Below are positions 1 through 6,377 of a DNA stretch of 10,881 nt, one piece after another. The notes beneath the pieces were generated by a model. That model was not told where the DNA came from, ran no database searches, and saw only the letters and a program-made list of their open reading frames with translations. Every line of letters begins with the position of its first letter. The first letter of the stretch is position 1. Source of the DNA: a bacterium (GTDB lineage: Bacteria > Zhuqueibacterota > Zhuqueibacteria > Zhuqueibacterales > Zhuqueibacteraceae); contig JBIOXB010000122.1 of NCBI GenBank assembly GCA_044869275.1, positions 1 to 10,881 on the forward strand, given 5' to 3'. A program made the position numbers and the translations under genes.

Positions 1-572
1 TAAGCATCGTAAAAATACTTCTTATCTTTCGGCATGCTGGTCACCAACAGCCGCGTTTGAAAGCGCAGAGCAAAATGTTTGCTGGAAAAAGCTTTGACCC
101 CGAAAACTGGCGCAAAGGAAAAACGCCGCACACTGGACAGATTTTCAGTTGGAATCATGCTGGTCATGCCGATGGTGCCCCCGGTGTAGGGTTGCACTGA
201 GCCCGACGCCCAACTGTACATGAGCCCAGCATGATAAACGTCCACGTGCAGATCTGCGAGCTTGGTTGCGTCGTTGCCCGCGGCGTCATGGTAGTCGAGA
301 GTCGTGAGCTGCCGATCGTAGGAAAACTCGAGCAGCAGCTTGGGACCGATACGGTAATTGAAGATCACACCGGCGAATTCAGAGCCCTTTATGCCCAAGG
401 ATTCGCCCAGAATGTCCACGCCCTCGTGCTTGACCGTCTCGTCGATCGCGCCACCGAATTGATATCCGCCGACGAGAGTCACTTCGAAATCAGGTTTGTA
501 TTGCGCCTCTTGCGCCTGGCCCATGGCAGCACCGAGCAGCAAGAATAAGCCGAGAAGGAAATGTTTTTTCAT
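1..572 (-). CDS. Outer-membrane beta-barrel protein (OmpA/OmpW-like, OMP_b-brl type), 3' end truncated by the window edge
   Basis: Manual translation from ATG at 572 (AAAGG upstream) stays open to the edge: MKKHFLLGLFLLLGAAMGQA-QEAQYKPDFEVTLVGGYQFGG...GVIFNYRIGPKLLLEFSY...VQPYTGGTIG...FAPVFGVKAFSSKHFALRFQTR. It has a signal peptide and alternating beta-strand patterns, including a PY-x-GG motif. Absent from the ORF track because it has no stop in the window. Confidence 0.8.
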   Translation of the reverse strand, partial: MKKHFLLGLFLLLGAAMGQAQEAQYKPDFEVTLVGGYQFGGAIDETVKHEGVDILGESLGIKGSEFAGVIFNYRIGPKLLLEFSYDRQLTTLDYHDAAGNDATKLADLHVDVYHAGLMYSWASGSVQPYTGGTIGMTSMIPTENLSSVRRFSFAPVFGVKAFSSKHFALRFQTRLLVTSMPKDKKYFYDA

Positions 573-639
573 CGCAAGCCTTTCAAATTGGAGTGTCTAG
601 CACCTGTAACGATCCGCAGCTTAAAGCCCGCGCTCAAAG

Positions 640-695
640 CACGTTACACCTTACACGTTACACTTTACACGTGTAACGTGTAAAGTGTAACGTGT
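640..695. repeat. Palindrome built from 7-bp tandem units (CACNTTA / TAANGTG)
   Basis: CACGTTA CACCTTA CACGTTA CACTTTA CAC|GTG TAACGTG TAAAGTG TAACGTG. Positions 653-672 pair perfectly with 676-695 (20-bp stem, 3-nt loop). Confidence 0.9.
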
Positions 696-741
696 GCATG
701 ATTCCTGTTTATAGAGTAACGGAGCTCCGCTGGCGTCAAAT

Positions 742-2121
742 TCAAAAGTCATACGTCACCAAACCGCGGAAGCCGTAAACTTCTTTGGTCACATCCGGAA
801 AATCGTCGTAGCTGGCGTTGCGATGATACAGGAAACCTTCCAAACCGAGGCCGAAATTGTTCCAGACCGGAATTTTGTAGTGGGTGTCCAAGACTTGCAG
901 GCGCTCGGAGCCCGCGGCGCCTTCCACGGTATTCAGGCCCCAATAGTTGTAGCTGACCAATAAACCGCCATAGCGCCGGTGCTGCAACACAGCGCTCAGG
1001 CCGCCTTTGAAGCCCGTACCGTAATTGTAGGTGCGGCCTTTTTCCTCCGTTGCCGGATCGATATACTCGGTGTTGCTCGCGCCCAGAACGATCACGCCCG
1101 CCTGCGGTGTGGTGATCAAATCAAAGCCGCCGCCCAAAGGAAATTTCGACATGAGGGCGCCGCCCACCGACAGAGCGCCGATTTTGATGACTTCATTGTT
1201 CAGCATGTCGTAGTTTTGCACCAGACCGAGCAGATGCCGCTGGCCGCCGCTGCCGGAAAAACTCTTGCCGAGCAAAACGCCGCGCTCAAAAATAACCAAG
1301 TTTGGCGTGGCGTCACCATCAGTTACATCTTTACCGGGGTTGAACCAGACGCGAAAGGTGAAGTAATCGAAAGGCTTGCGGATGGCCTGGTCCGCAAACG
1401 GCTCGCCGTAGCTCATCACCAATTCATAGGTGGGCTTTGCTGGAACTTTATCGGCATTTTCATTGTTCGAGCTGCCACGGCCGCCAACCGCGACATAGCC
1501 GTTCAGTGGACTGCGCATGTAATTCAGCGTCGAGCTGCGCCGGAACATCTGTCCGCTGACCAGGCGATTGAAGCCGCCCACCGGATTGAGTCCGAAGCCC
1601 AGTGCTTCCCGCCAGACCCGATTGAAGCCCGTGGTGCGGTCGTCCAACACTTGCGAGGAAAACCGAAAGGTGCCCTCTCCCAAAGCGATGCCGCCCAGGG
1701 TGGTCATCACCCAATCATTGAACGCCGGGAATTCGCTTTCCATGAACATCTCCCACATGGCGCTGCCGGACATGGCCATGGCGCTCGATTCCCAGAAATT
1801 CATGCCATTGGTGCGCGCGGCATTGAAATAGGTGTTGCCATGATAAGGATGGCTGAAAAAATTGTTGAAGAACTGATTCGGATCCCATTCAAAACCATGG
1901 CGCATGCTCTCTTCCGCCGTTTTCCAACTGATGTCGGTCCAGTAACCATCGAGCACATAATGTCCCCACCCCCAGATGAAAGTGTTGATGGTGACAATTT
2001 CGGCGAAGGCAAAACCCGGCTTGCGGGTGCCGGTGTAATAGAAATCGGAAGACTTGCTTTGTGCCAGGGCTGAGCCGGAAATGGCCATAACCGCGAGCAG
2101 CGATAAAATCGATTTTTTCAA
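742..2121 (-). CDS. DUF3943-domain protein, probable outer-membrane beta-barrel
   Basis: TTG start with a strong AAGGAGG SD. Signal peptide ending ALA-Q. DUF3943-like motif WDPNQFFNNFFSHPYHGNTYFNAARTNGMNFWES. Beta-strand-rich C-terminal half ending in a terminal Phe (GLVTYDF). Confidence 0.8.
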   Translation of the reverse strand: MKKSILSLLAVMAISGSALAQSKSSDFYYTGTRKPGFAFAEIVTINTFIWGWGHYVLDGYWTDISWKTAEESMRHGFEWDPNQFFNNFFSHPYHGNTYFNAARTNGMNFWESSAMAMSGSAMWEMFMESEFPAFNDWVMTTLGGIALGEGTFRFSSQVLDDRTTGFNRVWREALGFGLNPVGGFNRLVSGQMFRRSSTLNYMRSPLNGYVAVGGRGSSNNENADKVPAKPTYELVMSYGEPFADQAIRKPFDYFTFRVWFNPGKDVTDGDATPNLVIFERGVLLGKSFSGSGGQRHLLGLVQNYDMLNNEVIKIGALSVGGALMSKFPLGGGFDLITTPQAGVIVLGASNTEYIDPATEEKGRTYNYGTGFKGGLSAVLQHRRYGGLLVSYNYWGLNTVEGAAGSERLQVLDTHYKIPVWNNFGLGLEGFLYHRNASYDDFPDVTKEVYGFRGLVTYDF

Positions 2122-2207
2122 AGAATTTTCCTCCTTCCGTTCAATAAATCGTTGGAATAAATTTATGCTCGTTTGTTATCGGAAAAACGCTTCATCTTGA
2201 CTGCCTC

Positions 2208-2254
2208 AAATCAACCCAAACGAAGTCACGCAAACCCTTTGTTTTTTTTGATTT
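2208..2254. other. Imperfect AT-rich inverted repeat downstream of the HupE/UreJ-family gene
   Basis: AAATCAA-ccc-AAACGAAG (2208-2225) pairs with CTTTGTTT-ttt-TTGATTT (2237-2254) about a common axis. No U-tract follows on the minus strand. Confidence 0.35.
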
Positions 2255-2266
2255 CGCCGCTGGCCT

Positions 2267-3319
2267 TCAAAAAGCTGCGAGCCGTTCCATGACCCAAAAC
2301 ATCGCCACGGTGCCGATGGCGTAGGCCGGGATCAGCGGCGCCCAGCGCGGAGCCGGCAGCCGCATGCACCGCACCGCGGCGAACGCCGCAAGCACTGCAC
2401 CGATAAACAGGAAGTGGCCTGTTTCCACGCCAATGCTAAAAAACAGCAGCGCGAGAGGAATGTGACCCTCCGGCAGGCCGGCCTCGGTCAGCCCGCCCGC
2501 AAAGCCAAGTCCATGCAGCAGCCCAAAGGTGAAGGCTACAACCCACGGCGCGCGGGCAGTGACGCCCTCGCGTCCGTGCATGCCATGCAAAATCTCCGCT
2601 GCCACAAACACGATGCTGAGTGCAATGATGGCTTCGACGGGTTTTTGCGGTACATGCACGTAGCCAAGCGCGGCCGCCGTCAGCGCCACACTGTGCGATA
2701 CGGTAAACGCGGTAACGGTTTTCACCATTTTCCATCCGCCCCATGTGATGAGGAGAAGCGCGAACACGAAGAGCAAATGGTCAACGCCAGTGAGAATATG
2801 CTCGATACCCAGTTTCGAGTATGTCATCGCGACTTGCAGTGGCCGTGGCGCTGCTTCCACGACGAAGGACGGCGACGACGGCGTCAGGCGAGTGATTATT
2901 GTGGCGCCTTCGAGCCGTTCCAGGCGCACGAGCACGTCGGTCATGGTTGCCGAAAGCCCGGCAATGTGAAGGGTCTCACCGCTTAATCCGCCTGCGCATT
3001 TCATGGTCCAGCGTTCGGTGAAGCTTTCGCCGGCAAACTCACTTCGTGGCGTGGTCACGTTCGTGCAGCCCGCCGGGAATTCCACGTAAAGTGAGAGCCG
3101 CAGGTTCTCGCCGCGAGCCGGCACCTTCCACAGCACTTCGTAGGTGTCCGGCGAAGTTTGGCGCAATTGGAGGTATGCCGGTCGCACCTCGTGGCCAAAT
3201 GCACAGGGTGCTAGAAGCAGAACAAGAAGGATGGAACAGGAGACAACAGAGCAAGCGGGGTGAAAGGAATATTTCTCCGTGTGCTCTGTTCCCTCCCGTT
3301 CAAAAACCTTTTTCCTCAT
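2267..3319 (-). CDS. HupE/UreJ-family (HupE_UreJ_2-type) membrane protein with N-terminal periplasmic domain
   Basis: Motifs GIEHILTGVDHLLF, VTAFTVSHS, EAIIALSI, FGLLHGLGFAG and GVETG, with multiple TM helices. Predicted mature N-terminus HEVRPAYL. The ATG overlaps the upstream stop (ATGA) and has a GGAGG SD. Confidence 0.9.
   Translation of the reverse strand: MRKKVFEREGTEHTEKYSFHPACSVVSCSILLVLLLAPCAFGHEVRPAYLQLRQTSPDTYEVLWKVPARGENLRLSLYVEFPAGCTNVTTPRSEFAGESFTERWTMKCAGGLSGETLHIAGLSATMTDVLVRLERLEGATIITRLTPSSPSFVVEAAPRPLQVAMTYSKLGIEHILTGVDHLLFVFALLLITWGGWKMVKTVTAFTVSHSVALTAAALGYVHVPQKPVEAIIALSIVFVAAEILHGMHGREGVTARAPWVVAFTFGLLHGLGFAGGLTEAGLPEGHIPLALLFFSIGVETGHFLFIGAVLAAFAAVRCMRLPAPRWAPLIPAYAIGTVAMFWVMERLAAF
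3234..3301. repeat. 9-mer-periodic palindromic element, copy 1 (inside the HupE/UreJ-family gene 5' end)
   Basis: Arm GAACAGGAG ACAACAGAG CAAGCGGGG (3234-3260) and the reverse complement of 3275-3301, GAACGGGAG GGAACAGAG CACACGGAG, match at 21/27 positions. 14-nt loop. Confidence 0.85.
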
Positions 3320-4260
3320 TTTGCCTCCACCAACTGATTCGCCGGTTTCGGCTGCTCGATGGTCACGGAGTAGCGCTCGAGCAGTGCTTGATAGAATTTT
3401 TCGTTGACCTCCAAACGCCTGCGGTTAGCCCATTCGCGGCGGACGGCGTCGCGCACTTCGTCCAGGCCAGGCAGGCGGGCTTCGGTGCGTGTGCTGATCA
3501 AGATGAGATGAATGCCGTAGCCGGATTCGACCGGCCCCTGCCAGCGGCCGGTTGGAAGCTCATCCAACTTCGCTTGGAACTGCTCGCCGAACAGCTTCAC
3601 AACTTCCTCGGCTGGAACGCCGCTGAGTTCCTGTTCCAGCAACGAAGGATCTCCCAGCACTGCAATGTCCGCTTTTGCGCCGGCCCGATTCAACTTAGCC
3701 AGCAGCTCCGCCATGTTACTTGCCAGAGCATCACCGTGGCGTTCCGGATTGAAATAGATCTGGCTGAATGTGTACCTGCGCTCGACGCGGAACGATTCGG
3801 GATGCGCTTGGAGATAGGCGCGCAGCTCATCGTCCGAGGGCTCGGTTTGGGCGGTAACATCTTCAGAGATGAATTCTAGCTTCTGCCGCAGCCGGCGCCG
3901 GATGACGATGTCGTCCCGATCCAACCCCAAGGCCAGAGCCTCGCGGTAATAGACCTCCTCACGAACATAGTCACGGATCAAACCATCCAGCTCGGCCTGT
4001 GTGGGCGGACGCTGCCAGGTGCGCAACCAGCCTTCGATAAGCTGTTCGACTTTGCCCGTCGTCACAACAATCTGATCGTCGCGGCCACCGGCAGGATCGC
4101 GCGCCATACTTGCGATCACAAATAGCACCGCGCCCAGGACGAGAAAATGCAACAAGGGTTCTCTCAAAACGCGGTTCATAATTATTGAACAGGAGGAAAC
4201 GGAGACAGAGTTTTTCATCTCCGTTTGCTCTGTTCTCTCCTGTTGAAAATAATGGCTCAT
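3316..4260 (-). CDS. PpiC/parvulin-type peptidyl-prolyl isomerase-like chaperone (Rotamase_2), membrane-anchored; start at 4260 or 4179
   Basis: Family-typical N-terminal anchor LREPLLHFLVLGAVLF, helical region REEVYYREALALGLDRDDIVIRRRLRQK, and parvulin C-terminal motif WQGPVESGYGIHLI. The 4260 ATG has a GGAG SD at 7 nt. The 4179 ATG matches the usual family start but has no SD. Confidence 0.88.
   Translation of the reverse strand: MSHYFQQERTEQTEMKNSVSVSSCSIIMNRVLREPLLHFLVLGAVLFVIASMARDPAGGRDDQIVVTTGKVEQLIEGWLRTWQRPPTQAELDGLIRDYVREEVYYREALALGLDRDDIVIRRRLRQKLEFISEDVTAQTEPSDDELRAYLQAHPESFRVERRYTFSQIYFNPERHGDALASNMAELLAKLNRAGAKADIAVLGDPSLLEQELSGVPAEEVVKLFGEQFQAKLDELPTGRWQGPVESGYGIHLILISTRTEARLPGLDEVRDAVRREWANRRRLEVNEKFYQALLERYSVTIEQPKPANQLVEAK
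4185..4247. repeat. 9-mer-periodic palindromic element, copy 2 (PpiC-like gene 5' end)
   Basis: TTGAACAGGAG GAAACGGAG ACAGAG (4185-4210) versus the reverse complement of 4219-4247, TTCAACAGGAG AGAACAGAG CAAACGGAG. Same family as 3234-3301. Confidence 0.85.
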
Positions 4261-4292
4261 TTGCTGGCTCCCGGCAAAATCAGCCGGCTAAG

Positions 4293-4316
4293 TTCTCTCC
4301 GTTTTCTCCTGCTCAA
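4293..4316. repeat. Single arm of the same 9-mer element, copy 3
   Basis: The reverse complement TTGAGCAGGAGAAAACGGAGA(GAA) matches 4185-4205 TTGAACAGGAGGAAACGGAGA at 19/21 positions. Confidence 0.8.
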
Positions 4317-4324
4317 TTCGATAC

Positions 4325-6262
4325 TCACTTTCCCGGCGTGTACCAAATCGGCGAGGTATAAGCCCGCTCCTGCGTCGTCATCGGAATTTTTGGATCCAAA
4401 TTCTTCAGGCCATAATATTTTGCATCATAGGCGGTCCAGCGCGGCGTCGGAATCTCGATGACACGGATGTAGTAAAATGCCAGAAGTGAAGCGTCGAAAT
4501 CCAGGTCCTTCCACACCGTGATCAATTCAGGATCACCAATGGTATTGGTCCATGTGGCGTTGGGCACATCCACGGTATTGCCCACAGGCGTTTTGCATCT
4601 GCCGTCCGCGCCGATCTTGCGGCCATCGGACACGGCCAGATCGTAAATTTTCTCCTGCACGTTGCCGGCTTTGTCCAACCAGCCTTTGATGATTTGCATG
4701 CGGTCGAGATTAGCGCCAATCGGATCTTTGAGCGCAGCAACGAGGAACGTGGGTGATTTGCCTGTTGGAGCTTCGCGCAGGTCACCACCCATGGGCACAC
4801 CCTTGCTGTAACCGATATTTGCCGGCATGCGGTTGTTCGCGTCTTTCGCCTCGAAATCCCAGCCGCCGAAGAAACGCACGATCATGCGCGAACCGGTCGT
4901 GGCGTAAGTCTCTTTTCGCTGCATCGCGTCCCACAGCGCTTCACGCGTGTTTTCATTCGCCCAGACCGCGGCATAGCCACTGGCTGCCGTCTCCCAGTTC
5001 ATGATGGTGGCCTTCTCCATCTTCACGAACGGATGCATCACACGTTCCGGGCTGGGCTCGCTGGCTGAAGTCTTGCCGAAGAAATTATCTTCCTCAACGG
5101 CGGCGAGGCCGGTGTGCGCGTCCGTCGATCCGACCATGCCAAATTTATAGGGATTGGTGCCCAGCTCTTTTTCAAGCTTGAGGCCGTTCTTCAGCCCCGA
5201 GCGCGCATACTCGAATTCGAGCATCTCCTTTGTTTTGAGTTCGCTCAGATCGAGATTGCCTTTGTCCCAGATTTCGTAGCCGGCGAACTCGTCATTCGGG
5301 GAGAGGAAAGGATGCGCCTCGCCATCGCCCTTGATCTGCGTGGCCTCGTAGAGGCGCTCCCATTTCGCACGCGTCTCAACATATTCACGGTCTACCGGCT
5401 TGCCGGTGAAAGACTCGATGAGTGGAAACATGTGGCCGTTGCTCAGGTTGCCGTTGTGGGCAATGGCCAGCACGCTGCCGCCGGTTTTCTCTTCGTAAGC
5501 GGCCATCCATTTCCACAGATCACGGGGATTGTCGCTGCCTGTCGGCGGATAAACCGTAAACGGCTCGACGCGGCTGGCCTTCTCGCCGTTGTCCCGAAAG
5601 ATCACGTTGCGGTGCAAGTTGTTGCCGCCAGTGTTCGAAGTCCACTCGAAGCCGATGAAGGCAGTGAAGCTGCCAGGTGTGTTGGCTTCCTCAGCCGCCT
5701 CGATCGTCTTTTGCCATGCCGAACGATAGCCGGGAGTGCCGGGAAGAAACATGACTTCCTTGGGGAACGTCCCCTGGGAAAAGGCAACGATGATTTGGAG
5801 TGCGGCTTCCGCGCCCTTGCCGGCTTGAACCAGATCATACCAACTGCGGGCAGTTGGGTTGGCGAGCAGTTTGGGATCACCTGCGAACAACGCCGGGAAG
5901 AAACCCATATTATCGGAGTGATCCGCGACCACGAGAAAATCGAGTGGGCGAGAGAGCTTGACCTGCTGGTTGCTCGACGCGGTGATTTCCTCTCCTCGGG
6001 CGAAACGATAAGCATCCTTAGGCGTGAGCCGGGCGCCGAACGCACCTGCATCCATGGAAAAGCCGGTGTGCAAATGCGTGTCGCCGAAATATGGCCGCGT
6101 TGAGAAATTACGGCCCGCGTAGGGCGAATATGCGCGTTTTGGAAAAGCTTTTTCAGCCGCTGCTTTATCAGGCGTGCCCGCGTCTTGCGCGTACGCCGGC
6201 AGCGCCAGGCAGAGTGCCAGCAGAACCGAGAACATCATGTCGCGGAGTTGCGCGGAGTTCAT
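4325..6262 (-). CDS. DUF3604-domain protein; secreted PHP-like metal-dependent hydrolase
   Basis: Signal peptide (AYA-Q) and AGGA SD. Motifs FGDTHLHTGFSMDA, RPLDFLVVADHS, FIGFEWTS, NLHRNVIFR, AIAHNGNLSNG, GSTDAH, ETYATTG and C-terminal QERAYTSPIWYTP. Confidence 0.92.
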   Translation of the reverse strand: MNSAQLRDMMFSVLLALCLALPAYAQDAGTPDKAAAEKAFPKRAYSPYAGRNFSTRPYFGDTHLHTGFSMDAGAFGARLTPKDAYRFARGEEITASSNQQVKLSRPLDFLVVADHSDNMGFFPALFAGDPKLLANPTARSWYDLVQAGKGAEAALQIIVAFSQGTFPKEVMFLPGTPGYRSAWQKTIEAAEEANTPGSFTAFIGFEWTSNTGGNNLHRNVIFRDNGEKASRVEPFTVYPPTGSDNPRDLWKWMAAYEEKTGGSVLAIAHNGNLSNGHMFPLIESFTGKPVDREYVETRAKWERLYEATQIKGDGEAHPFLSPNDEFAGYEIWDKGNLDLSELKTKEMLEFEYARSGLKNGLKLEKELGTNPYKFGMVGSTDAHTGLAAVEEDNFFGKTSASEPSPERVMHPFVKMEKATIMNWETAASGYAAVWANENTREALWDAMQRKETYATTGSRMIVRFFGGWDFEAKDANNRMPANIGYSKGVPMGGDLREAPTGKSPTFLVAALKDPIGANLDRMQIIKGWLDKAGNVQEKIYDLAVSDGRKIGADGRCKTPVGNTVDVPNATWTNTIGDPELITVWKDLDFDASLLAFYYIRVIEIPTPRWTAYDAKYYGLKNLDPKIPMTTQERAYTSPIWYTPGK

Positions 6263-6298
6263 CAGAATTCCTTTCCTGTCGTTTGCGTTTGGAGCAAT

Positions 6299-6348
6299 AG
6301 ACCCGAAAGCTCAAATCCGAAATCCGTATTTTCGAATTCCGGATTTTG
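6299..6348. repeat. Degenerate 7-mer (AAATCCG) tandem repeat with an inverted copy
   Basis: AGACCCG AAAGCTC AAATCCG AAATCCG TATTTTCG AATTCCG, followed by inverted CGGATTT at 6340-6346. Confidence 0.6.
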
Positions 6349-6377
6349 TGCTGGCATGCTGTCAGAGTTGACCGGAG

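Noticed and set aside
231..548. 105-aa plus-strand ORF
   Set aside because: Antisense shadow of the minus-strand beta-barrel gene (572 to edge), which has the signal peptide and SD.
720..729. Perfect 10-bp palindrome CGGAGCTCCG after the DUF3943 stop
   Set aside because: Too short, with no loop or U-tract; plausible by chance.
979..2073. 364-aa plus-strand ORF
   Set aside because: Lies wholly antisense to the DUF3943 gene and has no recognisable motifs; a typical codon-bias shadow.
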